IMG/VR virus record: IMGVR_UViG_3300038417_000475 | Coordinates: 21,152 to 85,151 of that record | Reading direction: 5' to 3' (one strand) | Length of the DNA: 64,000 nt | Source of the DNA: a virus | Part shown: positions 46,804 through 55,774 of the stretch, piece after piece | Numbering within the stretch: position 1 is the first letter of the stretch | Layout of the letters: each line of letters starts with the position of its first letter | The notes under the pieces: generated by a model | What the model saw: the letters and a program-made list of their open reading frames with translations, nothing else | Told to the model about the DNA's origin: nothing | Database searches by the model: none | Position numbers and translations under genes: made by a program

Positions 46804-48380
46804 TTATTCCTCCCGTTGGTCTTGGGAAACGGATAGAACTTCAGGTCCATCGGGGAGCAGATGTGCAGCACACTCCTGGCCCTGCTTGCTTCCACATAGG
46901 CCAGGAGGTGTTCCGGCTCCGGGTTATGGCCGAAGCCCGCCCACACCCTGATGGTCATGTCGGGCACAACAAACACCACTTCTTTCTCTCTGCCCTTGGA
47001 TCCATGGCCGGTAGTAACAATAACCTTCGGGCCCTGCTCGAAAGGCTCGGCGCCATAGTTCTTATAGACCTTGGCCAGATAGTTGATCTCACCGGGCTCA
47101 ATCTCCATCTTCAATACGTCATAGGGTTCAGCTCTGAATATATCCGGGTGGAAGCCCATCTCCATCATGGGAGCCTGCCCCCATTCGCCTTCCACGAGCT
47201 TGTTTACATGAGTCTTGGTTCCCCGCCTGATAAAGGGGTTTTTGGAGACCTTCATGAACTGAACTATGTGGCGCAACTCCGAGGTCGATACCTTTTCGCC
47301 TGCCCTCACCTTCAGCATGGCATAGTAGGCGCTGGCCTTGTTGGTACCCAGGGGGCCTCTCTCTCCTCTTTCTGCTGTGAAGGGTATCCCCCGCGTAAAC
47401 AGACTTAGGCCGATCTCCTTACAGAGATACCGGGTCCGGGCCAGGATAAAGGTCTCCTGCCGCCCGTCTACCCGGGCAAAAGAATCACTGCCCACTATCC
47501 CATCGGAATCAACCGCCTGCAGGAAGTCGGGTACCTGGAGATGGGCACGGCGCAGGATCTCAAGGGTATAGTCCTTTATCCGGAGCCCATGCCGATGGGT
47601 CAGCTTGAGATTTACCTGCTCGTCTGCCGGGAAATCATTGAAGAGCTCTGGCCGGCAGCCAGCAAAACTGTAGATTGCCTGGTTGGGGTCTCCCGCCACA
47701 TAGACCTGTTGTGCTCCTGACATCCAGAGTTTAGCCACCTCCCAGAGGAGCGGGCTACAGTCCTGTGCCTCGTCCAGGACCATAACCTTGATCGGCGGGA
47801 TAAGGTGCTTCTCCAGCACACCATACAAGAAATCGTCGAAGTCCCACAGGTGGTTCTCTGCTTTGTACCTGCTCCTTCGATCGATATAGGTCTCCAGTCC
47901 GCGCCTGGACCAGTCCGCCGGCAGCCCCTCAACATTGGTCTCCAGGAAATGATTATAAGCATCAGGGAAGGGCTGCATTGTGCTCTGCATGTAGCCGACG
48001 AAGAATTCATAGTACTCCGCCAGCGTCTTCAACATCTGTTCGTGATACCGGGACTCCATGGACTCCCGCGTATCCACGGAGAATTTGTAGCCATAAGGCT
48101 TCCCGAACTCCTGTAGCTTCCTGTCGGTGAAAACCTGGTTTCGATGAAGCCCCAGGAGACGAAAGGCTATCGAGTGCTCCGTGGAGAAGTAGGTGAAAGG
48201 CCCGGATATCTCCAGCTTCCCCCGGATCCTGCCGGCAGCTTCTCCCGCGGCCGCCTTAGTGAAAGTGGTAAACATAACGGCTTCCGGAGCCACCCCCTGA
48301 GCCACATGGTCTGCCACCCAGTTGATCAGCTGGGTCGTCTTGCCGGTACCCGGTGGGCCCCAAACCTTGATCTTTGCCAT
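46800..48380 (-). CDS. UvrD/Rep-like SF1 helicase
   Basis: GPPGTGKT, TFTKAAA, LDEAQD, GDPNQAIY, HGSKGRE, SRAR. Confidence 0.92.
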   Translation of the reverse strand: MAKIKVWGPPGTGKTTQLINWVADHVAQGVAPEAVMFTTFTKAAAGEAAGRIRGKLEISGPFTYFSTEHSIAFRLLGLHRNQVFTDRKLQEFGKPYGYKFSVDTRESMESRYHEQMLKTLAEYYEFFVGYMQSTMQPFPDAYNHFLETNVEGLPADWSRRGLETYIDRRSRYKAENHLWDFDDFLYGVLEKHLIPPIKVMVLDEAQDCSPLLWEVAKLWMSGAQQVYVAGDPNQAIYSFAGCRPELFNDFPADEQVNLKLTHRHGLRIKDYTLEILRRAHLQVPDFLQAVDSDGIVGSDSFARVDGRQETFILARTRYLCKEIGLSLFTRGIPFTAERGERGPLGTNKASAYYAMLKVRAGEKVSTSELRHIVQFMKVSKNPFIRRGTKTHVNKLVEGEWGQAPMMEMGFHPDIFRAEPYDVLKMEIEPGEINYLAKVYKNYGAEPFEQGPKVIVTTGHGSKGREKEVVFVVPDMTIRVWAGFGHNPEPEHLLAYVEASRARSVLHICSPMDLKFYPFPKTNGRNN

Positions 48381-48398
48381 CCCGCCCCCTTTTTTAAG

Positions 48399-48680
48399 TT
48401 GTGGCAATTTTACTATATACGCGCGAGAATATTTTTCGGTACAATATCCAAAATCTGGCGTACCACATTTACCACACCTGTGTTTGTTTACGCATGGTAG
48501 GTGCGAAAATATCTACCACACTTTGAGCGTGGATTTGTGGTAGCATGTGGTAGTGTGGTTGCTTACCTTTACACAAAGTACCACAGTTACTCATTGCATT
48601 TTTGGGCTGTGGTAAATGTGGTAGCAAAAATCCGCCTACGCGTATATAGGGAATTTTGGTGGATTGTGGTAGATGTGGTA
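48399..48680. repeat. iteron cluster, putative replication origin
   Basis: 10 exact TACCACA/TGTGGTA copies in both orientations, AT-rich, between replication genes. Confidence 0.75.
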
Positions 48681-48701
48681 AGAAATTTCCAGTCTGGTAC
48701 A

Positions 48702-49727
48702 TCAGTCCTCCAGCCATGAAATATCTTCATCTGTGGAGAATAGTGGGATTGGCAACCCCCACAACCTGAATGATTCCGTGCCTACCCTTATCGACTCGCT
48801 CCTCTCAGCCCCATGCTTCTTGAGCCCTTCCCAGAGCTCTCCCCTGGTCATAATCATCTTGTACTGGTCTGTGAGGTAGCGGTGGAGCTTGCTGGACTGG
48901 AACCAGCGATATCCCCGCTTTTCCACATAGCCCCGGACCAGGTCATCCGGAGACTCTGCCTCCTTAGCTGCGGCAAACCACTCCTTCACAGCAGTGAGTA
49001 TCTGATCTTCCTTCTTCGTATCGGGAGGTGTAGCGGTCTGCTTTGCATTTGCTATCAGGTTAGAGATGAAGAGGTCGAATCCTGGGGGCAGGTCCGGGAC
49101 AAAATGTAGGGACTCTCGTATCCTTCTCTTGAACTCCCTTTTGTTGTCCAGATGCTCGGTTTTGAATTGAATATCTGCCTCCCTCCCCATGCCGGACGCA
49201 TGGATAGTGTAGAGGGGTGGCTCGGTGAGACTGATGATAGGATTAGTGAAGGTCACCACCCGGGACGGGATCTCATGGCGGGCTTGGACACTGGAGACAA
49301 GCAGGCTGATCCTATCGAGCAGGGGAGCCAAGGTAGAGCCAGGGTCATAGATTTTGGGGAAGATGTCCGTCAGGGCGCTGATTACCTGCCGGCGCAGCGA
49401 GAGGTCAAGGATTGTCTCGGCATGTGTCCTGGCATGGACAGAACTCAAGGTATTGGCCATAATGTGGGAAAGGTAAGAGATCTGCACCCCGTCCGATACC
49501 TCTTTGGCCAGGGTGATCTGAGTTATCTCCTCTCCCCTGTACCTCAAGCGTAAACTCGCTTCGAAGAGTGAGCGGCACCTATCATCATGGAAGTCCTCCA
49601 TGCGAAGGATTTTGGAGACCTCATCAACGGTGTCAGGATCCATCATGAAAGCCCCGATGACCGACATCTCAGCCAGCTCGTCGTAGGGAACAGGATGGGG
49701 CCCGCTGCCATTGGACTTCCGAGCCAT
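48702..49727 (-). CDS. replication protein with DnaB N-terminal-like domain
   Basis: 'PYDELAEMSVIGAFM..EDFHD..SYLSHI..ILDLSLRRQ'; no helicase motifs. Confidence 0.75.
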   Translation of the reverse strand: MARKSNGSGPHPVPYDELAEMSVIGAFMMDPDTVDEVSKILRMEDFHDDRCRSLFEASLRLRYRGEEITQITLAKEVSDGVQISYLSHIMANTLSSVHARTHAETILDLSLRRQVISALTDIFPKIYDPGSTLAPLLDRISLLVSSVQARHEIPSRVVTFTNPIISLTEPPLYTIHASGMGREADIQFKTEHLDNKREFKRRIRESLHFVPDLPPGFDLFISNLIANAKQTATPPDTKKEDQILTAVKEWFAAAKEAESPDDLVRGYVEKRGYRWFQSSKLHRYLTDQYKMIMTRGELWEGLKKHGAERSESIRVGTESFRLWGLPIPLFSTDEDISWLED

Positions 49728-49731
49728 TACA

Positions 49732-51225
49732 TTACTCTTCTAGGAATTTCAACGCCTCGGCCTCAACCGAGCTTTTGGCAATGTGGTCTCGCATTTTGGC
49801 GATATCGCCCTTGTTCCATTGACCTGCCTTGCCGGTTACCTCCTGGAAGAGTTTCTTGATATCTGAGTCGTTTTTACCTATATTTCGCAACGCTACCACA
49901 ATCTCTCGCTTTTCCTCAGGACTAGCTGGGGTGGTGTTTATCTGGCCAGCAGTGCCGGGTTGAAGCGCCCCATCTACCTGGGACGCCGGCGCAGTCTCTG
50001 GGGGCTTCTTCTTTTCCTCAGCCCGCCTCTTCCCCTCATCTTCAATGGCATGCTTGAGGAGTATGGTCTGGGAGAGGTCCATCTGTTTGTAGTCAGTGTG
50101 ACCGAAGAGCTGCATCATCTTGGGGAGAACGAAGGCCTCCCAACTCCCCTCGCCGAGCAGATCCTTGGCCAGCATAAAGAGGTCGATCTCCTTCAGGGGT
50201 TCACCTACTGCCCCAGCCTGTTGCCTCTTGGCAGCCTCCTCGAGTGCTGTGGCAGCCGGCCCAGGGGGATGTTGGTCTGTCGACGCAGCTCCGCCCGGTA
50301 GCCGTTTCTTCTCATCCCTTCTTGTCCTCTTGGGAGCGGTTGTTGGTGTTTTCTTCCCTTCGCTGCTTGTTGCCCCTGTTTTCGTATCCTGGAACTCTTC
50401 AACAGGCGGCTCGTCTTCATCACCGAAGCTGCCCCGAAGATCGCCGGGTACCTCTTCCTTAACAGCTTCTTCCGCTGTCTGAGCTACAGGTTGCTCAAGC
50501 AGGAATTGCCTGCTGGGGTTAGCGATTATGCGCAGCAAATCACCCAGCTTGAGTTCATTCTTCAGATGCATGATCCAGACGGTCTTTCTCTTCTGCCCGG
50601 GCGGGTTCACTTCCTGGGGCCCTATTGCTAATGTAAAAGGAATCATGGCGATCTGGCGAACGCCGGTTACCCGCTCGGCCATAATCCTCACCATAGCGAT
50701 TTGAGACTGGATGTTTATGCGTGAATGGTAGGATGTCGTCGCGACTTCATAAACGCCCAGGCCGGGCACCTCGGGCAGCATAAATTGGAGCCGCATGATA
50801 GGCCGGCACCTCTTTTTCAAGAACTGTTCGCATCTCTCCGGATTGCAGGTAAGCCCGTCTTTCCATACCCAATGGCCTTCAACGGTATTCCGGTCTGCCA
50901 TAGCGCCTGTGTCCACATCTACCTTCTGCTTGGCAATTATCCCGTCTCCGAAGCAGGTCAGCCCATAGGTCAGCCCGTAGCACCTGTAATACTGGCTCAG
51001 CCACTCAAGATCATTGTTGCTGGGGAACATAATGGGGTAGATCGCGGTGGGCTTTTCCCCATAGACCTTCCGGACTGCTTCTGGGCAGACGAGGTAATCG
51101 ACGGCTTTGGGAATGGTCGCGGTGGGATCATCTGGGAGACGGGGATTCTGGACTCTGATACCGAGGCGGATTCTATCGATGCGCTCAAGACGGACAAGGT
51201 TAGAGAAACCATCAATAGGTGACAT
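49732..51225 (-). CDS. Gp3/RDF-like recombination (annealing) protein
   Basis: 'IRLG..YGEKP..CFGDG..C..C..RLQFMLP..GVYEVATTS..S'. Confidence 0.7.
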   Translation of the reverse strand: MSPIDGFSNLVRLERIDRIRLGIRVQNPRLPDDPTATIPKAVDYLVCPEAVRKVYGEKPTAIYPIMFPSNNDLEWLSQYYRCYGLTYGLTCFGDGIIAKQKVDVDTGAMADRNTVEGHWVWKDGLTCNPERCEQFLKKRCRPIMRLQFMLPEVPGLGVYEVATTSYHSRINIQSQIAMVRIMAERVTGVRQIAMIPFTLAIGPQEVNPPGQKRKTVWIMHLKNELKLGDLLRIIANPSRQFLLEQPVAQTAEEAVKEEVPGDLRGSFGDEDEPPVEEFQDTKTGATSSEGKKTPTTAPKRTRRDEKKRLPGGAASTDQHPPGPAATALEEAAKRQQAGAVGEPLKEIDLFMLAKDLLGEGSWEAFVLPKMMQLFGHTDYKQMDLSQTILLKHAIEDEGKRRAEEKKKPPETAPASQVDGALQPGTAGQINTTPASPEEKREIVVALRNIGKNDSDIKKLFQEVTGKAGQWNKGDIAKMRDHIAKSSVEAEALKFLEE

Positions 51226-51255
51226 AGGACCTTCCCCCCTTATTGAAGATTTGGA

Positions 51256-51504
51256 TTATGAAGTTGGAGCTTCAACAGGCTCCGCTTGCGCCGGCTCCCA
51301 GCCCTCACCCTCCGACAGTTTAAGGGCGGCGATGGTGAGCTCGAGGCTTTCGATGGCCTTCTCTTTGGTTGTGCCCGGTTTAATCATAATGGCGGCAAGC
51401 GGACCAACGACGAGATTTAGTTCACCATGGAAACCCTGGGCGATGAGCTGTCTGGGGAAATAGCCGGTTCCTGCGATTTTGTTGACGGTGATTTTGAACA
51501 GCAC
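51256..51504 (-). CDS. small putative regulator (AbrB-like)
   Basis: 'GTGYFPRQL'; leaderless after extended -10. Confidence 0.5.
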   Translation of the reverse strand: MLFKITVNKIAGTGYFPRQLIAQGFHGELNLVVGPLAAIMIKPGTTKEKAIESLELTIAALKLSEGEGWEPAQAEPVEAPTS

Positions 51505-51512
51505 AAGTCGCT

Positions 51513-51595
51513 ATTATACCACCCCATCATTTGGTGCTGTCAATAGATATCGTATCAAAAGGCTATTGACAAACTATGATAATTATGCCTACAAT
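51513..51595. promoter_or_regulatory. divergent sigma70 promoters
   Basis: minus: TTGACA 51543-51538, TGgTATAAT; plus: TTGACA 51566, TACAAT 51590. Confidence 0.8.
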
Positions 51596-51607
51596 AGCAA
51601 AGTTTTG

Positions 51608-51690
51608 GGTCGGGTGGGGTATGGCTAGGTGCGGTGTGGGCGGCTGGGCATGGTTTGGTTTGGCATGGTGAGGTAAGGTAAGGAATTTCA
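51608..51690 (+). ncRNA. GGY-NN repeat unit 0 (in 5' leader of RAMP gene)
   Basis: ~14 GGY-NN pentamers ending GGAATTTCA. Confidence 0.75.
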
Positions 51691-51709
51691 CAATAAAGGG
51701 GGGTTAAAC

Positions 51710-52285
51710 ATGGAATTGAAGTTGACACTCAAGGGTCTGGCGCCGGGGCTTTTAATGAATAGTCCAACGGCAATGGTTCCGACGCCCACTTCTGCAAAAG
51801 GGAAACCCAAGCTGTCAGGTCCGGAGGATCAAGCTAAGGAAAGACTGTACATCATGCCTGACAAAAAAACGCTCTATGTTCCTGCAGCGGCGGTCAGGGC
51901 AAGTATTCTGGCAGCGGGCAGGGGCTATACTGTGAAGGGGCCGTCAGGCCGGCGCGGATCTGCGGGGGTTACACTGGCCGCCTCGATTCTCCTTGGAGAG
52001 CCGAATTTCCCTCTCCTGAACGAGAAAGGCAAGCCTCTGACGATAAAGGATTACACGGTGGATGCCCGAAGAGTGGTGGTTCAACGGTCCGGAATTATTA
52101 GAGGAAGGCCGTTGATATTTCCCTGGATGCTAGAGTGCGTGTTTCCTTATTTCGCCAATCTTGAGCAGGAGACCATAGAGGCTATGGTCAAGGATGCTGG
52201 CTCTATCGCCGGGCTTTTGGATTTCCGCCCGCAAAAATCCGGTTGGTTCGGACGTTTTGAACTTGTCGAGATGAAGATTGAATGA
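51710..52285 (+). CDS. stand-alone RAMP/Cas7-like RNA-binding protein (VIPR-like effector)
   Basis: beta1 'LKLTLKGLAPGLLM', 'LYVPAAAVRASI', C-terminal Gly-rich loop 'AGLLDFRPQKSGWFGRF'; flanked by arrays. Confidence 0.75.
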   Translation: MELKLTLKGLAPGLLMNSPTAMVPTPTSAKGKPKLSGPEDQAKERLYIMPDKKTLYVPAAAVRASILAAGRGYTVKGPSGRRGSAGVTLAASILLGEPNFPLLNEKGKPLTIKDYTVDARRVVVQRSGIIRGRPLIFPWMLECVFPYFANLEQETIEAMVKDAGSIAGLLDFRPQKSGWFGRFELVEMKIE

Positions 52286-52291
52286 TATCCA

Positions 52292-52870
52292 GGCGAGGTT
52301 GGGTGCGGTAAGGTGAGGCGCGGTAAGGCAAGGTGAGGATTTCATTGATCTTCGGTGGGGTGAGGTCTGGTGAGGCTAGGTTAGGTGCGGCGAGCTGTGG
52401 CGTGGTAAGGTTTGGTGAGGAATTTCATTGACCCAGAGTTGCGGTGAGGCCTGGTAGGGTGTGGCCCGGTAGAGCTCGGTACGGTGTGGTGGGGTAAGGT
52501 GAGGAATTCATTCTGGTATAGGTGAAGGCTAGGTACGGTCGCGTTGGGTGTGGGGTTAGGTAAGGAATCTTGAGACTTCGGTGTGGTTCGGTGAGGCCAG
52601 GCATGGCGAAGTTTGGTTGGGTCAGGTAAGGTGAGGATTTCATTGACCTGTGGTCGGGTCTGGCCTGGTCAGGTGATGTCGGGCCTGGTGGGGTCAGGCA
52701 AGGTCTGGTGAGGATTTGCTGAATGATAGGCTCGGTCGGGTTTGGCAGGGCTAGATGAGGTGAGGTCGGGTCAGGTCCGGTACGGTGAGGTTTGGTAAGG
52801 GATTTCATCATGATTTCATTCTGGTGGCACGGTGGGGCCGGGCGAGGTTGGGTGCGGTAAGGTAAGGTCT
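52292..52870 (+). ncRNA. array of eight GGY-NN units with conserved GGA(A)TTTCATTGA-like tails (putative guide RNAs)
   Basis: strict 5-nt periodicity, variable dinucleotides, units start ~52292, 52354, 52438, 52515, 52580, 52652, 52729, 52823. Confidence 0.85.
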
Positions 52871-52887
52871 AATTTAAGGGGGTGTTT

Positions 52888-53577
52888 ATGCAGCAGATGG
52901 TATCGGTGGCCAGGCTAGTCGAAGATTTCGACATTTATCCGCGAACGCAGGTCGATGATTACAATGTGGCTGCCATCGCGGAGGCGCTCAGGGCGGGGAA
53001 CCAGGTGCCCCCTCTGAAAGTCGGGCAGGTCGCCGGGCACAAGACAAGAACGTTTCTCATTGTGGATGGTGTCCACCGGAGCCGGGCATACCGCAGAGTT
53101 TTCGGAGATAATGTCAAGGTTCCAGTGGTCACCCAGGTCTATAAGGACAAGAATCAGATGATACTCGAAGCGGCTGAGGCCAACTCTCACCATGGCAGGA
53201 TCCTCACCATGCAGGACAAGACCAAGTGTGTCATCATGCTGGAGAAAGCCAAATACCCGATCGCCCAGATTTCGAAGGCCCTGGGCTTAACGGCAGAGAA
53301 AATCGCTTTATTAAAGGCGGAGAGAACAGCCACCCGGGGCGGGCAATCCGTGGCGTTGAAACTGTCCACAAGCCACTTGGCCGGCATGGACCTGACGAAG
53401 GAACAGATGAGATATCAGGAGGCAGCCGGAGGCCTCCACCAGAGCTTCTATGTCAACCAGGTCATTTCAATGTTGGAGGCGGATGCGGTCGATTGGGATA
53501 ATGAAAAGCTGGTGGCTCTTCTGGGCAAGCTCGCACAGCTGCTCAGCGAGAAAGAGAAGCTGTTATCACCAGCATGA
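52888..53577 (+). CDS. ParB/Srx-domain protein with HTH
   Basis: 'IYPR', 'PPLKV', 'IVDGVHRSRAY', 'N..HG..L'. Confidence 0.85.
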   Translation: MQQMVSVARLVEDFDIYPRTQVDDYNVAAIAEALRAGNQVPPLKVGQVAGHKTRTFLIVDGVHRSRAYRRVFGDNVKVPVVTQVYKDKNQMILEAAEANSHHGRILTMQDKTKCVIMLEKAKYPIAQISKALGLTAEKIALLKAERTATRGGQSVALKLSTSHLAGMDLTKEQMRYQEAAGGLHQSFYVNQVISMLEADAVDWDNEKLVALLGKLAQLLSEKEKLLSPA

Positions 53578-53587
53578 GGAGAAGAAT

Positions 53588-53788
53588 ATGACGAACTGGA
53601 TTCTCGGGCTGCTGGGTCTGCATACTTGTAGGCAGTGTGCCCGATATCACCTGCTCAATACTGTCTCCTGGCCGGCCCAGCAAGGTATTGTCTACGGCAC
53701 ACGGCCAGTGGATGTCACAGCCCTTACCTGCGACGGGAAGATCGTCGACCCCTCGACAGTGAAACGCTGCCGGAGCTTCAAGAAATGA
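53588..53788 (+). CDS. small Cys protein
   Basis: SD GAGGAG, CRQC. Confidence 0.45.
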   Translation: MTNWILGLLGLHTCRQCARYHLLNTVSWPAQQGIVYGTRPVDVTALTCDGKIVDPSTVKRCRSFKK

Positions 53789-54050
53789 CGGGGAACGACA
53801 AGATGAAACGCTTTCTGCTGGCCGCCATCGTGGTAGTAACGACATTGGCAGCCACCTTCGGGATTCTGGTTCTCTTCTGGCGGCTTGTGCCATGATGAAG
53901 AAGCAGTTGAAGCTCTCCGACAACGCCAAGCACTGGGCCAAGGCCACCCTGCTGGCTCTTCTCGCCATGGCCCTCATCTTCGTTATCTTTAGCATCATCT
54001 ACTTCTTTGCTCCAGGCCAATCTTCCCCCGGATGAAAGGATAACATTATC

Positions 54051-54944
54051 ATGAATGACTATCTCCAGAAGCTCTACGACCACTATGAGAGCCGGCTGGC
54101 CTCCAAGGGCTACAATCGAACCCAATACCTGAAATGGGTGCAAGCCTTCCTGGAGTACTGCGAGGGCAGTGACTTCAAAACCGAAGCTAATTTCCAGGAT
54201 GAGGATGCGGTCCGCGCGAAGATTCAGGCCTATTTCATCAAGCTCAAGAGGGGCTACGGTGATGGCTCCCTGGGAACGATCTGGTCCATCCTGCGGGCCT
54301 TCTTCAACCGCAATCACCTCGAATGGCCTTTCGGCAAAGGGGAAGCCCCCTCACAGGCTGAAGACAAGAAACAGCACCCTGCCCTCGACCCTGGCCTGGT
54401 GAATGAGATCATCCTGGCAGTCAGACAAAAGGGCAGCCCGGAAGAGCAGGCTTTTCTGGCCTTGAGCTCTACCTATGGACTCCGCCGCGGAGAGCTTCTG
54501 GCCCTCACTCCTGAGGAATTCAAAATCAAGGACCGTACTATATATGTAGCGACCCTGAAACATGGGCGCGCCCGCAGCCATCTCATTCCTGAAGAGATAG
54601 TGCCCTATCTGGAGGGATATGACTTCAGCCGGAAGATCTCCCGGAGCAGCCTGGCTATCCTGTGGTACAAGATCGAAGACAAGGCGGGGCTGGTCCATTA
54701 TCCGAGGGTGGGCTTCCACAGCATCCGGCGCACGCTGAATACTTGTCTGGAGCAGCATTTCGGTGAGGTTCAAATAAAGACCTTCCTGCGGCATAAGGGC
54801 GGCAGTGACATGACCATGGCGTACACAGCCACCAAGTTCATTACCCGGGAAGGCTCTACCAACAAGCTGGCTGCCGTCTTGAGCGACCTGGACAAGCGGG
54901 TATTTGAAGTCCATCCGTTCCTGCCGGCATGGAGGGAGACATGA
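54051..54944 (+). CDS. tyrosine recombinase/integrase
   Basis: R (YGLRRGE), K, HSIRR, LRH, Y catalytic set. Confidence 0.92.
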   Translation: MNDYLQKLYDHYESRLASKGYNRTQYLKWVQAFLEYCEGSDFKTEANFQDEDAVRAKIQAYFIKLKRGYGDGSLGTIWSILRAFFNRNHLEWPFGKGEAPSQAEDKKQHPALDPGLVNEIILAVRQKGSPEEQAFLALSSTYGLRRGELLALTPEEFKIKDRTIYVATLKHGRARSHLIPEEIVPYLEGYDFSRKISRSSLAILWYKIEDKAGLVHYPRVGFHSIRRTLNTCLEQHFGEVQIKTFLRHKGGSDMTMAYTATKFITREGSTNKLAAVLSDLDKRVFEVHPFLPAWRET

Positions 54945-55315
54945 ATAGACAACCTCGAGTACAAGCCATCGAGCTCACAGTTAGGAGCACTGACGCTGAT
55001 GGTGTAAGGATCTGGATATACCTCCCGGTTAGCTTCCAGCGGCACGAGAATATCCTCGCCCCTCAGCAGACTGGTCCCACTAGGAAGCTAGGTGGTTCGG
55101 GGAATGATATTGAAAGCACCTTCCTGTATAACTTTCCCGACCTGATTGCCCTCAAGGATTTCCTTGACCTTCTAAAGACACTCTTCGACCTTGTAGTAGT
55201 GGGATATGACGAGCGGCAACTTGAGGTCTACTTCAGGCGTTCTGTTCTTCACAAAGCCATAGAAGCCGGGTTGGGTGATGACCTCAGACTGGCAAAGCCG
55301 GAGAACGCCCAATGA
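54941..55315 (+). CDS. hypothetical protein
   Basis: ATGA-coupled. Confidence 0.5.
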   Translation: MNRQPRVQAIELTVRSTDADGVRIWIYLPVSFQRHENILAPQQTGPTRKLGGSGNDIESTFLYNFPDLIALKDFLDLLKTLFDLVVVGYDERQLEVYFRRSVLHKAIEAGLGDDLRLAKPENAQ

Positions 55316-55503
55316 GCATCAACAAGCAAGTGTTATGCCAGCCCATGGGTCTGCGCGGCTGCCACGCCACCACGACCAGGCATGGCAAAAAGAGGTTCTG
55401 CGCCCAGAAAGCGGTAATTGAAGTAGACGGATACGGCTACTGCTGGTATCACAACCCGAAGGGCCCGCACCGTTTTGGTCAGGGTTATCGACCTGTCAGA
55501 TAG
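55312..55503 (+). CDS. small Cys/His protein
   Basis: C..C..C..H. Confidence 0.5.
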   Translation: MSINKQVLCQPMGLRGCHATTTRHGKKRFCAQKAVIEVDGYGYCWYHNPKGPHRFGQGYRPVR

Positions 55504-55510
55504 GAGGCTC

Positions 55511-55774
55511 ATGATCTTAATATCAGGGCACAATTTAACGTTTCTCAAGACGAAGAAATCCGACCTGGCTTCTGAAGATGACCTAACTGGATTCCTGCCT
55601 ATTGAGGCTCTGAACAAAGGCTGGTCTCTAGAATGGCGGCTGCCGCCAGACAAGCCAGATCCTGTTTATCTTCTTGACCATGATAGGCAATGCCTGTATG
55701 AGTGGCGTTATATCCCATCCCTGGGGGAAGTCAATGAGAAGTGCCGAGAGCTGATGGAGGTGACCCATGGATGA
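55511..55774 (+). CDS. hypothetical protein
   Basis: SD AGGAGG. Confidence 0.55.
   Translation: MILISGHNLTFLKTKKSDLASEDDLTGFLPIEALNKGWSLEWRLPPDKPDPVYLLDHDRQCLYEWRYIPSLGEVNEKCRELMEVTHG

Noticed and set aside
48469-48719. Short ORFs across the TACCACA repeats
   Set aside because: The repetitive 'LPHLP' peptides derive from iterons; the region is better explained as non-coding.
52130-52811. Minus-strand ORFs 52425-52811 and 52130-52345 (Pro/Thr/His-rich)
   Set aside because: They are antisense translations of the GGY-NN array; the 5-nt period is incompatible with coding selection.
51608-52870. Classical CRISPR array, simple microsatellite or G-quadruplex tract
   Set aside because: There are no 23-47-bp repeats with unique spacers and no cas1/2. 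The NN positions are too diverse and the unit tails too regular for slippage repeats.
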